DNA from: Eubacteriales bacterium | GTDB lineage: Bacteria > Bacillota > Clostridia > Oscillospirales > CAG-382 | Reading direction: 5' to 3' | Assembly: GCA_045593165.1 (NCBI GenBank) | Contig: JAZNWF010000035.1 | Coordinates: 10,078 to 74,077, forward strand | DNA: 64,000 bases | Part shown: positions 28,856 through 39,331 of the stretch, piece after piece | How positions within the stretch are numbered: position 1 is the first letter of the stretch | How the letters are laid out: the number at the start of each line of letters is the position of its first letter | Position numbers and translations under genes: made by a program | Notes under the pieces: generated by a model | What the model was told of the DNA's origin: nothing | Databases searched by the model: none | Seen by the model: only the letters and a program-made list of their open reading frames with translations

Positions 28856-29317
28856 TCAAAGCAAAAACGAAAGTATTCCCAAAACGCCGTACGCGATAAG
28901 CGTTACGATAACGCCTGCTACAAGCACGCCCAGCGCGATAGGCGGAAACGCTCTTTTCAAATCAAGATTCAAGGTGATCGCAATCAACGCACCCGTCCAA
29001 GCGCCCGTTCCCGGAAGCGGCACGGCAACAAACGCCATAAGCCCCCAGAAAACCGTTTTATTCATTTTTGCGACCTTGCTTTCGCCGATTTCCAATATCT
29101 TTCGGAAAGGCCTTCCGAATTTTTCAAACGAAGCAAAATATCTTAATACCTTGCCTCCGAATAATACAAGAAACGGAACGGGAAGAAGGTTTCCCACTAC
29201 TGCCAACAGAAACGTCAGCCACATATTCATATCGAGCCCTACGCCCAAGGGAATCGCTCCGCGGAGCTCGACGATCGGCAACAAACTCATGCCGAAGACG
29301 TATAACCAATCCAACAT
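28856..29317 (-). CDS. Small multidrug export (COG2426-like) membrane protein
   Basis: PIVELRGAIP, GNLLPVP, FVAVPLPGTGAWTG. Confidence 0.85.
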   Translation of the reverse strand: MLDWLYVFGMSLLPIVELRGAIPLGVGLDMNMWLTFLLAVVGNLLPVPFLVLFGGKVLRYFASFEKFGRPFRKILEIGESKVAKMNKTVFWGLMAFVAVPLPGTGAWTGALIAITLNLDLKRAFPPIALGVLVAGVIVTLIAYGVLGILSFLL

Positions 29318-29330
29318 TATATTCCCTTAA

Positions 29331-30779
29331 TTATTTAGGCAGATATGCCGAAATATCGATAGTCTTCATACAATGACGCTTTATGATGATGTAATCGATA
29401 ACAACAGGCTCATCATCGCCGGAAATACAAGCCGCCTCGTATGCATCGCCGGTAAGCGTATAGGTCTTCATAAGGAAGCGCTTCAACATAATGTAGTCGT
29501 AAAGATTCACTTCGCCGTTGCAGTCAACGTCGCCCATAACGAGAATCTTGATGCCTGCTCCGCAGTCAACCGTCATTCCGGTAGTAACGAAGCCGCTTGT
29601 AAGCTCGTTGCCGTCCTTATCGAGCACGGTGACATCATTTTCAAACATCGCCTTGAAATCGGCTACGTCAAGCTTGTTGGTGTAAACCTTGATGACAGAA
29701 TTCGCTTCGTCATAGGTAAGCAACGCATCGGACTTGACTATGGGAGCAGCGCTTGTGATGGTGAATCCCGCATTTGTAAGAGCGGTTCCCGTTGCAACAG
29801 CGCCGGTTGCTTCGATATTTACGTTATAAAGAGTAACGGTCGAGCCAACGTATGCCGCCTGCTTGAACGCCGCAAGATCGGCGCTTCTGTTACCGTTCAC
29901 GCCAACAATGTACGAGCCTGCAGGGATAACCACCGCGGATTTATCGCTTGCGGGTCTGCCGATAACGGTATCAACGTAGGTGATCACGTTATTGGCATCA
30001 ACGATCATAATTCCGAAATAGTTCATATCCTGCTGATTGTTGGTGATCTCGATATAGCTTCTGATATAATCGCCGACGGTGATCTCCTCTTCTGCGTAAT
30101 AAATTACGTTTTCAGCCGCATGGATATATCCTGCATAGGTAAGCGCAAACGCATCCTCGGGAAGAGTGGTAAGGCTTTCGGGCTGAAGCGCATAGGAAAC
30201 GACAACGTCCTCGACTGCAACCGTTGCATTCAAGGCAAGATCCTTATCGTATGCCGTGAAATCGGAAACGGTAAATACTATATCATCCACCTTTACGCCT
30301 TCCTTTACGGTAAAGGGTATGGTGATAACGAGATCGTCGTCTGCGGTAAGAAGGTTCTTTGCGGAATATTCGGCAAAGGCAAGATCGTAAACACCGTTTT
30401 CCTCGTCAAGCTTTCCGATTGCTTCCCAAGCATCGGGAGCCGAGGTCATAAGAGCCGCAAAGCTCATCTTATCGCCATCGGAATCTTCAACGGCAAAAAC
30501 ATTAGGGGTAACCTTTTCGGTATCGTAGCAGAGGCAAAGACAAACGCTGGAGATACCGTTGCCTTCCTCGAGAACGATATCACGCACTGATAACACCACG
30601 TTGATAACGCTGCCGGGGTTGTAATTATCGGTCGATGCATCTGTGTTCACCGAGAAGAACGGCGACGATGCGAGATAAGTGTTTGCATAAATGGGTTCTG
30701 TTGTTTCAGCCGCGATCACTGCCGCGCCTGCCGAAAACAGCATCGAAAGTGCCATGAATACAGCAAGAAGCTTTTTCAT
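29331..30779 (-). CDS. Secreted protein with a cohesin-like domain and a C-terminal dockerin
   Basis: Signal peptide; PGSVINVVLSV...LCYDTEKV...ITIPFTVK; MGDVDCNGEVNLYDYIMLKR...IDYIIIKR. Confidence 0.72.
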   Translation of the reverse strand: MKKLLAVFMALSMLFSAGAAVIAAETTEPIYANTYLASSPFFSVNTDASTDNYNPGSVINVVLSVRDIVLEEGNGISSVCLCLCYDTEKVTPNVFAVEDSDGDKMSFAALMTSAPDAWEAIGKLDEENGVYDLAFAEYSAKNLLTADDDLVITIPFTVKEGVKVDDIVFTVSDFTAYDKDLALNATVAVEDVVVSYALQPESLTTLPEDAFALTYAGYIHAAENVIYYAEEEITVGDYIRSYIEITNNQQDMNYFGIMIVDANNVITYVDTVIGRPASDKSAVVIPAGSYIVGVNGNRSADLAAFKQAAYVGSTVTLYNVNIEATGAVATGTALTNAGFTITSAAPIVKSDALLTYDEANSVIKVYTNKLDVADFKAMFENDVTVLDKDGNELTSGFVTTGMTVDCGAGIKILVMGDVDCNGEVNLYDYIMLKRFLMKTYTLTGDAYEAACISGDDEPVVIDYIIIKRHCMKTIDISAYLPK

Positions 30780-30956
30780 AAGTATTTCCTTCCGTTTTTT
30801 ATTTTAGAATAGCCTGATATAGATTTTATCAAATATCTATTTAAAGGTCAATAGACTGCAATAAAAAAATAATTGGTTTTTTATTGTATTTCTTAAAATT
30901 ATATAGTATAATGATAATGAATAAATTTACTTACATTATATAAGGCGCGGTTTTAT

Positions 30957-31829
30957 ATGGAAAATTTAACGTTTGTCCTTAATGAAAATATTGACCTTGC
31001 ACCCTTTTGCTCGATGAAGGCAAGCGGCAACGCAAGATACCTCGTCCGACCCGAAAATGAATCCGAGCTTGTTTCCGCAATACGCTTTTTCAAGGAAAAC
31101 GGCATCCGGTACATCGTTGTCGGCAACTGCTCGAACCTTATCTTCCCCGACGGCTGCTTTGACGGCGGCGTTATAGTGACCGACAGGGTGAAGGGTACAG
31201 AATGCGAAAACGGGCTCATTACCGTTTCCTGCGGTGAAACGCTTTCTACGCTTGCCACCGTTGCCTGCAACGAAAGCATCACGGGACTTGAATTCTGCTA
31301 CGGTATCCCCGGCACCGTCGGCGGCGGCGTATTTATGAACGCGGGCGCATACAGCGGCGACATTTCGCAGGTTTTCGTAAGCGGCCGCTTTCTTACCGAA
31401 GGGCTTGAAATCATCACGCTCACCTCGGCAGAAATGGAGTTCGGATACCGCAAAAGCATAATGAACCGCGAAAATATCATCCTCCTTTCCGCAACGTTCT
31501 GCGGTCAGGCCGGCAACAAGGAAGACATCCGTGCGAAAATGGACGATCTTATGTCGCGCAGAAAGGCAAGCCAGCCGCTTAACTACCCCTCCTGCGGAAG
31601 CGCGTTCAAGCGTCCCGAGGGATATTATGCAGGCGCGCTTATCGAGCAATGCGGACTCAAGGGCGCGTCCATCGGAGGAGCTCAGGTTTCGGAAAAGCAC
31701 GCGGGATTTATAATAAACACGGGAAACGCCACGGCAACCGACGTTATCGATCTTTTAAAATACGTTTCCGACACGGTGTTTGAAAAAACGGGTGTAAGAT
31801 TAGAGCCCGAAATACGTATAATCAGATAA
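30957..31829 (+). CDS. murB: UDP-N-acetylenolpyruvoylglucosamine reductase
   Basis: GNCSN, GLEF..GIPGTVGG..MNAGAY, FGYRKS, QPL..PSCGSAFKRP, VSEKHAGF, LEPE. Confidence 0.96.
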   Translation: MENLTFVLNENIDLAPFCSMKASGNARYLVRPENESELVSAIRFFKENGIRYIVVGNCSNLIFPDGCFDGGVIVTDRVKGTECENGLITVSCGETLSTLATVACNESITGLEFCYGIPGTVGGGVFMNAGAYSGDISQVFVSGRFLTEGLEIITLTSAEMEFGYRKSIMNRENIILLSATFCGQAGNKEDIRAKMDDLMSRRKASQPLNYPSCGSAFKRPEGYYAGALIEQCGLKGASIGGAQVSEKHAGFIINTGNATATDVIDLLKYVSDTVFEKTGVRLEPEIRIIR

Positions 31830-31840
31830 AGGATATAAAA

Positions 31841-32521
31841 ATGTCATTTACATCCGATATAAAGCAGCAGCTGGAATCGATACATCAAAAGAAGGATTGC
31901 TGCCGCGAAAATATAGAAAACGGCAGACAGCTCGGCTCTTTTTCGGAGCATTGTGATAAGGACAGCGGCTGTTTTCTGCGGGGCGTGTTCCTGAAATGCG
32001 GTCACGTAAGCGAGCCGGGACGCAATTTCATGCTTGATTTTACACTGCCGAACGATGAAACGGCGGATCATATTGCCGATATTCTCGATTCCGCGGGACT
32101 GACGCCGAAGCGCACCGTAAGAAAAGGCAAGCCCGTGCTTTATTACAAGGCAAGCGAAAGCATAGAGGACGTGCTCGCGTTCATAGGCGGAACAAAAGCC
32201 GCATTGGATATAATAAACGCCAAGGTAATGAGCGACGTTCGCAACGCCGCAAACCGCATCTGCAACGCCGAAACGGCAAACCTCGACCGAACGGCAAGGG
32301 CGGCGGCGGAGCAATGCGAGGCCATAAATATAATCCGGAAGCACGGTGCGATGCATAACCTTTCTCCCGAGCTTCGCGAATGCGCAGAGCTTCGCCTTGC
32401 AAACCCCGATATGAGTCTTACACAGCTTCGCGAGCAGCTTCGCGAGCCGGTAAGTAAATCGGGACTCAACCACAGGTTCAAAAAGCTTATCGAAATAGCG
32501 GAAATGCTCGAAAACAGCTGA
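31841..32521 (+). CDS. whiA: DNA-binding protein WhiA (short form)
   Basis: FLRGVFL..G..S.P, NR.CNAETANL, LRL.NP..SL..L, SKSGLNHR. Confidence 0.88.
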   Translation: MSFTSDIKQQLESIHQKKDCCRENIENGRQLGSFSEHCDKDSGCFLRGVFLKCGHVSEPGRNFMLDFTLPNDETADHIADILDSAGLTPKRTVRKGKPVLYYKASESIEDVLAFIGGTKAALDIINAKVMSDVRNAANRICNAETANLDRTARAAAEQCEAINIIRKHGAMHNLSPELRECAELRLANPDMSLTQLREQLREPVSKSGLNHRFKKLIEIAEMLENS

Positions 32522-32571
32522 AGCCGTTTTGTATCAAGAACGTTTAAAGGAACGCATTATAAAGGTATAAT

Positions 32572-35500
32572 ATGGGATTTGTTCATCTTCATCTCCATAC
32601 CGAATACAGCCTGCTTGACGGCGAATGCCGTATAAGCACCATTCCCGACGCGGTTTTGTCGGGCGGAATGAACGCCGCCGCAATAACCGACCACGGCGTT
32701 ATGTACGGCGCGGTGGATTTTTACAAGGCGTGCGTTTCCAAGGGCGTAAAGCCGATAATCGGCTGTGAGGTGTACGTTGCACCTCGGGCTATGGACCAAA
32801 AGGACAGGCTTTTGGATTCGGATTACTCCCACCTCGTTTTATTGGCAAAAAACAGCATCGGCTACAAAAATCTTATGGCGATAGTATCAAAGGCGTTCAC
32901 CGTGGGATTTTATCAGAAGCCGAGAACCGATATCGACACTCTTACCAAATATTCCGAGGGCTTGATCGCGCTTTCGGGCTGTATCTCGGGAAGCATTCCC
33001 AAGGCGATACTCGCCAACGACTTATCTCTTGCGAGAGAGCGCATCATCGTGTTCGACCGCATATTCGGAAGAAATAATTTTTACCTCGAGCTTCAACGCC
33101 ACGGCATAAGCGGACAAGAGGACGTCAACCGTGCGCTGATAAATTTTTCGCGCGAGCTGAACATCCCTTTAGTTGCTACGAACGACGCGCATTATACCTC
33201 GCGCGAGGATGCACCGATACAAAAGCTTCTTTCGGCGATCGCGACCGGAAACACCATTGACAGCGTTGGCTTCGGTATGGACGGAAGCGAGCATTATATA
33301 AAATCCGCAAGCGAAATGGAAATTCTCTTCCGTGACGTTCCCGACGCGTGCGAAAACACGGTCAAAATCGCGGAAATGTGTAATTTTGAATTTGAATTTG
33401 ACAAATTACACCTGCCCGCGTTCAAGCCGCCTGTTCCCTACAATTCCGAAGGCTATCTTCGCAAGCTTTGCGATGATGGGCTTGACAGGTTAAGCAAAGC
33501 CGACCGATTGAACGGCGACGCTTCTATATACCGCGAAAGATTGGATCACGAGCTTAAAATAGTTCACGATATGGGCTTTGACGATTATTTCCTTATCGTT
33601 TGGGATTTCGTTAACTACGCAAGAAAAAACGGCATTCCCGTCGGCGCGGGAAGAGGAAGCGCGGTAGGAAGTCTTTGCACCTACCTGCTCGGCATAACGC
33701 AGGTCGACCCCATTAAGTACAATCTTCTTTTTGAGCGCTTTTTGAACCCCGAAAGAGTAAGCATGCCCGATATCGATATAGATTTCAGCGACGAGCGTCG
33801 AGGCGAGGTCATCGAATACGTTTCGGCAAAATACGGTCAATCGCACGTCGCACAGATAATAACATTCGGTACGCTTGCCTGCCGTCAGGCAGTAAGAGAT
33901 GCAGGACGCGCGATCGGCATGAGCTACGCCTCGGTAGATGAAATAGCAAAGCTTATACCCCGCCATTACGACGTAACGCTTGAGGCGGCATTAAAGGAAA
34001 GCCCCGAGCTGAAAAGCCGTTACGACAGCGTGCCCGCCGCAAAAAGACTTATAGATTACGCAATAAAGCTCGAGGGCAGACCCCGCAACACGAGCACGCA
34101 CGCATCGGGCGTGGTAATTACCGACGAGCCGCTTACTGACTATCTTCCCCTTGCCGTTAACGACAGCACCGTCGTTACGCAGTTCACTATGAATACGGTT
34201 GCGGACCTGGGTCTTTTGAAAATGGACTTCCTCGGTCTGCGCTTCCTTTCGATAATACAGGACACGGAAAAGCAGATAAGGAAAACTATTCCCGATTTTT
34301 CGGCGGAATTACTGCCGTTTGACGACAATGCAACCTTTGAAATGCTTTCCGAGGGTCAGGCGATAGGAATATTCCAGCTCGAAAGCGAGGGCATGCGCGC
34401 TCTGCTTTCAAAATTGAAGCCGCGCGATTTAGAGGATATTATTTCGGTAATATCGCTTTACCGACCCGGTCCCGCTTTATCTATAGATACGTTTTTGAAA
34501 AACCGTGCCGACCCCGAAAGTATAGTATACGACGACCCACGATTGAAGGATATATTGGGCTCTACCTGCGGCGTTCTGCTTTATCAGGAGCAGGTTATGC
34601 AGGTCTGCAGAAGCCTTGCGGGATATTCCTACGGCAGAGCTGACCTCGTTCGCCGTGCCATGGCGAAGAAGAAGCCCGAGGTAATGGCGAAGGAAAAGGG
34701 TGTTTTCCTCGACGGTGCAACCAAAAACGGCGTACAGACCGAAAAGGCGGAAAAAATATTCGACCAAATGAACGAGTTTGCAAAATACGCGTTCAACAAA
34801 AGCCACGCCGCGGCTTATGCCGTTATCGCATACCGTACAGCCTGGCTCAAATGCCACTATCCGCGCGAATATATGTCTTCCCTGCTCAATACCGTTATGG
34901 GCTACAACGAAAAGGTAGGAGAATATATCGCCGACTGTGCGAGAATGGGTATAAAAATACTTCCGCCCGACGTAAACGAAAGCTTTGGCAGCTTTTCGGT
35001 AAGCGGAAGCAATTTGCGGTTCGGTCTTGCCGCAATAAAAAACGTAGGCGAATTATTCGCGAGCCGCGTGATAAACGAGCGCGAAAAGCACAAATTCGAA
35101 AGTCTTGAGGATTTTATAACCCGTTGCTCGCCCTTTGGAAGCAGTAAGGCGTTTGAATCGCTTATAATCGCAGGCGCACTCGATAGCTTCGGCGTAAGAA
35201 GAAGCCATATGCTTGCAGGGCTGTCGCAAGCGCTTGAAACCGTTTCGAAGGACAGAAACCGCGTACCCGAGGGACAAATGAGTCTTTTCGGCGGCGACGA
35301 CCCGATATCCTCATCGGTCTTCGAGTTTCCGAAATCTACCCTGCCCGAGTTAATGCAGAGCGAAATGCTTTCGGGTGAAAAGGAAATGACGGGGCTTTAT
35401 TTCAGCGGACACCCGCTCGATAATTACAGCGATACGATAAAAAGCATCGGCGCTTTGGATGCCGACGAGCTGCGCAAGGGATTGGAAAACGGCAGCATAA

Positions 35501-36039
35501 AAAAATCCCATTCAATAAAATTTGTCGGTCTTGTAACAAAAAAACGCTCGAAAATCACGAAAAAGAATGATATAATGGCATTCGTAACCGCCGAGGATGA
35601 AAAGGGCGAGATAGAAATTATCGTGTTCCCGAACGCCTATACCGAATACGGCAGTATTATTTCGGAAAACAGCGTACTCGTATTCACAGGCAACCCCGAA
35701 ATAAAGGAAGCCTACGGCGACGAGGGCGCGGACAGCATTTCGATATTGCTGAAATCGGTATGCACGCCCGAGGAAGCGGCTGAAAAGGCTTATAAAGCCA
35801 ACAGCGCGGCGATAAGATCCGACAAATCACTATATATCAAGGTCACGTCCGAAAATTCGCACCGATTGGACGATGCGATCGCGCTTGCATCCAAATCGGG
35901 CGGAAGCGCGCGTATACTTGTATACTTTGAATCAGAGAAGCGGCTTTGCGCCGCAAAGGGCAAAAGCGCTACCCTATCGGAGCGTCTGCTTATGCAGCTT
36001 CGCGAAATCATGGGAGAAAGCAATATTGCCGTAAAGTAA
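32572..36039 (+). CDS. dnaE: DNA polymerase III alpha subunit
   Basis: FVHLHLHTEYSLLDG, GRGSAVGS, FERFLNPER.SMPDIDIDF, YAFNKSHA. Confidence 0.97.
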   Translation: MGFVHLHLHTEYSLLDGECRISTIPDAVLSGGMNAAAITDHGVMYGAVDFYKACVSKGVKPIIGCEVYVAPRAMDQKDRLLDSDYSHLVLLAKNSIGYKNLMAIVSKAFTVGFYQKPRTDIDTLTKYSEGLIALSGCISGSIPKAILANDLSLARERIIVFDRIFGRNNFYLELQRHGISGQEDVNRALINFSRELNIPLVATNDAHYTSREDAPIQKLLSAIATGNTIDSVGFGMDGSEHYIKSASEMEILFRDVPDACENTVKIAEMCNFEFEFDKLHLPAFKPPVPYNSEGYLRKLCDDGLDRLSKADRLNGDASIYRERLDHELKIVHDMGFDDYFLIVWDFVNYARKNGIPVGAGRGSAVGSLCTYLLGITQVDPIKYNLLFERFLNPERVSMPDIDIDFSDERRGEVIEYVSAKYGQSHVAQIITFGTLACRQAVRDAGRAIGMSYASVDEIAKLIPRHYDVTLEAALKESPELKSRYDSVPAAKRLIDYAIKLEGRPRNTSTHASGVVITDEPLTDYLPLAVNDSTVVTQFTMNTVADLGLLKMDFLGLRFLSIIQDTEKQIRKTIPDFSAELLPFDDNATFEMLSEGQAIGIFQLESEGMRALLSKLKPRDLEDIISVISLYRPGPALSIDTFLKNRADPESIVYDDPRLKDILGSTCGVLLYQEQVMQVCRSLAGYSYGRADLVRRAMAKKKPEVMAKEKGVFLDGATKNGVQTEKAEKIFDQMNEFAKYAFNKSHAAAYAVIAYRTAWLKCHYPREYMSSLLNTVMGYNEKVGEYIADCARMGIKILPPDVNESFGSFSVSGSNLRFGLAAIKNVGELFASRVINEREKHKFESLEDFITRCSPFGSSKAFESLIIAGALDSFGVRRSHMLAGLSQALETVSKDRNRVPEGQMSLFGGDDPISSSVFEFPKSTLPELMQSEMLSGEKEMTGLYFSGHPLDNYSDTIKSIGALDADELRKGLENGSIKKSHSIKFVGLVTKKRSKITKKNDIMAFVTAEDEKGEIEIIVFPNAYTEYGSIISENSVLVFTGNPEIKEAYGDEGADSISILLKSVCTPEEAAEKAYKANSAAIRSDKSLYIKVTSENSHRLDDAIALASKSGGSARILVYFESEKRLCAAKGKSATLSERLLMQLREIMGESNIAVK

Positions 36040-36058
36040 CGAAAGGAGTTTTCAGAAT

Positions 36059-38986
36059 ATGCAGGACAACAGCAACAATATTCCCGAAAACGAAGAAAAC
36101 GAAAGCCGTTTCGAGCCCGAAAGCACAAACGAAACGGAAATAAACAACGGCGCCGAAAGCACAGAGGAAGCCTCTTCTTCGAGATTCGACGATCCGAGCC
36201 TGTTTGCAAACGTGTCGGATAACGATGCCGATATGGCATATATAGAGGACGAAAGAGCAACCACGCGCGATTTCGAGCCGGCAACACCCTGCACGGAATC
36301 CGACGGAAAAACGCGTTGCTTCGACACGCTTGAAAGCACAAGTGCCGCCGAAAAGGAAGAAAAGACAAAAAAATCCATTCCTTTCGGCAAATCTAAAACC
36401 GCACGCGCGGCAAAATCCACCGCCTCGGGTATCGGATTCGTGATAACCAAGGCATTGGGATATTTGTTAAATATCCTGCTTACCGTTTTGGTCGTAGGAC
36501 TTATAACGGGTACTGTCGTTGCGCTCGCCTTCGTTATTTATATTAACAACTACGTCGATATGGAATTCAACGAGCTCGAAGACCTCAAATTCGATTCCGC
36601 ACAATCGACGATGATGTATTATGTTGATGAGGCAGGCAACGAGGTGTTGCTCGAGGAGGATACGCTCCACAGCAGTGAAAACAGACTTTGGGCAGACTAC
36701 AAGGACATTCCGCAACAGCTCATCGACGCGTATATTGCAGTTGAAGACCAGCGTTTTCTTGAGCACGACGGCGTAGACTTCACTCGTACCGCGTCCGCAA
36801 TATACAACTTCTTTATCCCCACAAGCTCAAGCTACGGCGGCGGCTCGACCATAACACAGCAGCTGATAAAAAACGTAACCGGCGAAAATGAGGCTACTAT
36901 TCAGCGTAAGGTGCAGGAAATATTCCGCGCATTCGACGTTGAAAAGAAATATACAAAAGAAGAGATACTCGAAATGTATCTCAACACAATATACCTTTCG
37001 CACAATTCGTACGGTGTACGCGTTGCGGCCGATACCTACTTCGGCAAGGAGCTTTCCGACCTGACGCTTACCGAATGTGCGGCTATCGCCTCGATAGGCA
37101 AATGGCCCACGCACTACGACCCGATATCCAACCCGCAGAACAATCTTACCCGACGCAATCTTGTATTGAAGCTGATGCTCGAGCAGGGCAAGATAACTCA
37201 GGAGGAATTCGATCAGGCATACGATACGCCGCTTGTTCTTGCTACGGGTGACGAATCCGAAACAACCTACACCGAAAACGTCCATTCCTATTATATAGAT
37301 GCAGTAATGGATGACGTTATAGCCGACCTTATGTCCACCTACGGATATACCGAGGTCGAAGCATCACGTATGCTCTTCTCGGGCGGTCTTGAAATAGTGA
37401 CCTGCCTTGACCCCGGAATTCAAAGCTGTGTCGAAAAGGTATATACCGATTCGAGCTATTGGCCCGAAACCGAGGGCATGCAGGCGCAATCGGCAATCTG
37501 TATACTCGACCCCAACAACGGCGACCTTTTGGCGATCGTCGGCGGTCTTGGTGAAAAGCGCGAAAGCAGAGGGCTGAACCGCGCTACCCATTCCAAGCGT
37601 CAGTGCGGCTCTTCCATAAAGCCGATATCCATATATGCGCTCGCGCTTGAGGAGGGATATATTACGGGTGCTTCGGGCGTTGACGACGTTCCTCCCGTAT
37701 ATTATGAAAGCTCCAATTCCTATTGGCCCAAGAACTCGGGCGGCAGATATCGCGGTATGGTTTCTCTTGACTATGCGATACAGGCATCGCTCAACACGAT
37801 CGTTGTAGACCTCTGCAACGAAATGGGCGTGGATAGGGTATTCAACAATATGGTCGACTACGGCTATACCACGCTTATAAGCAACAAAAAGCTTGCAAAC
37901 GGAAGCGTGGTTTCGGATATTAACGTAGCACCTCTCGCACTCGGCGGTCTTACCTACGGTGTAACCGTACGCGAGCACACTCAGGCATATGCGACCTTTG
38001 CAAACGGCGGTGTTTCGGTTAAGGCACGCACCTATTCGGTAGTCCGCGACAGCTCGGGCAAGACCATTCTCGACAACACTCCGCAGCAGAAGGCAAAATA
38101 CAGCGAGGACACCGCTGCAATAATGACCGAGCTCCTCACCCACGTTGTTACGGGCGCAAGCGGTACTGCTCACGGCTCGATAAAATTCCAGCGCAATTAC
38201 GGCGTTGAGGTTGCGGGCAAAACCGGTACGACCAACGACAAAAAGGACGTTTACTTCTCGGGCTATACTCCCGATTTCGTTGCTTGCTGTTGGTACGGCT
38301 ACGATAACAACAAGGTCATCACCACCTCGGGCAACTGCGCCGCAAAGCTTTGGAACAGCGTATTCAATGAAATATATGCATACCTTGCAGAAAACGAAAT
38401 TCCCTACACCAAAACCTTTGAGGTTCCCACCTCGGTTCAGGAAATCGAGGTTTGTATGATATCGGGTAAGCTTCCCACTGAAGCCTGCCGACTTGACCTT
38501 TGCACAGGGGCAGACGGAAGCTGTGTAGGCACGGTAACCGTCCGCAAGGCAGATATCCCGACAGAATACTGTGATATTCACATTATGGCAAAGCAGTGCG
38601 TTGCAAGCGGTGCACTCTGCTTCGACGGACACAACAGCTGTCCCGACACGGTGGACGTATCGTTGAGAAGAATAACCACCTCGGACCGTGCGCTTTATGC
38701 AAACGTAAGAGTAACCGACGCGGAATTTCTTTATATGGATATCCCCGAGGGTTATGTTTTCCCGACCGATCCTATGATGCCGTTCTTCCAGAACGCGCTT
38801 CCCGAAGGTATAACGTTCGGCTTCACAAGCGGCTCGACCCCTCCTGTTAACCGCGTTTGTCAGACACATATCATCCCCACGCTCGGTCCTTCGTTCCCGA
38901 CAGATCCTAATCAACCCGTTGACCCAAATCAGCCGACCGACCCCGCGTTACCCGTAGAGCCCGATGACCCGACGGTAACACCTTAA
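36059..38986 (+). CDS. Class A penicillin-binding protein (PBP1A family)
   Basis: EDQRF.EH.G, GGSTITQQL, RK.QE; SxxK (SSIK), SLN, KTGT; Cys-rich and Pro-rich C-terminus. Confidence 0.93.
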   Translation: MQDNSNNIPENEENESRFEPESTNETEINNGAESTEEASSSRFDDPSLFANVSDNDADMAYIEDERATTRDFEPATPCTESDGKTRCFDTLESTSAAEKEEKTKKSIPFGKSKTARAAKSTASGIGFVITKALGYLLNILLTVLVVGLITGTVVALAFVIYINNYVDMEFNELEDLKFDSAQSTMMYYVDEAGNEVLLEEDTLHSSENRLWADYKDIPQQLIDAYIAVEDQRFLEHDGVDFTRTASAIYNFFIPTSSSYGGGSTITQQLIKNVTGENEATIQRKVQEIFRAFDVEKKYTKEEILEMYLNTIYLSHNSYGVRVAADTYFGKELSDLTLTECAAIASIGKWPTHYDPISNPQNNLTRRNLVLKLMLEQGKITQEEFDQAYDTPLVLATGDESETTYTENVHSYYIDAVMDDVIADLMSTYGYTEVEASRMLFSGGLEIVTCLDPGIQSCVEKVYTDSSYWPETEGMQAQSAICILDPNNGDLLAIVGGLGEKRESRGLNRATHSKRQCGSSIKPISIYALALEEGYITGASGVDDVPPVYYESSNSYWPKNSGGRYRGMVSLDYAIQASLNTIVVDLCNEMGVDRVFNNMVDYGYTTLISNKKLANGSVVSDINVAPLALGGLTYGVTVREHTQAYATFANGGVSVKARTYSVVRDSSGKTILDNTPQQKAKYSEDTAAIMTELLTHVVTGASGTAHGSIKFQRNYGVEVAGKTGTTNDKKDVYFSGYTPDFVACCWYGYDNNKVITTSGNCAAKLWNSVFNEIYAYLAENEIPYTKTFEVPTSVQEIEVCMISGKLPTEACRLDLCTGADGSCVGTVTVRKADIPTEYCDIHIMAKQCVASGALCFDGHNSCPDTVDVSLRRITTSDRALYANVRVTDAEFLYMDIPEGYVFPTDPMMPFFQNALPEGITFGFTSGSTPPVNRVCQTHIIPTLGPSFPTDPNQPVDPNQPTDPALPVEPDDPTVTP

Positions 38987-39033
38987 AACAAAAAAGGAAC
39001 TGTTTGCGAGACTTCCCAAAACGGAAGTCTCGC

Positions 39034-39208
39034 AGTTTTATTCGCCAAAAACATTTGGCGAGTGATATTGCTTCGCAGTTTTATTATGCTTCGCATAGTG
39101 GTATTCGGCTACGCCGAGTTTGGCGAATAAAATAACACTGAAACCTTAAGGTTTCAATATCACTATTGCTTTGCAATAATATCACTCCGACGAAGTCGGA
39201 ATAAAACT
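39034..39208. repeat. Nonamer/mini-hairpin array, copy 2
   Basis: Nonamers at 39034, 39061, 39077, 39097; complementary nonamers at 39131, 39156, 39178, 39200. Confidence 0.85.
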
Positions 39209-39236
39209 TGAATAATATAAACTGTTATGATAAAAT
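39208..39236 (+). promoter_or_regulatory. sigmaA promoter carried by element copy 2
   Basis: TTGAAT-N17-TAAAAT with extended TG. Confidence 0.75.
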
Positions 39237-39331
39237 GGGTTTGGGCATAACCCAATAACGCTGTTGTGAAGACAAATGCGATGTTGGTACTAAAACAGCT
39301 TGATAAACAAGAATTTGATGGAGATGTAAAT

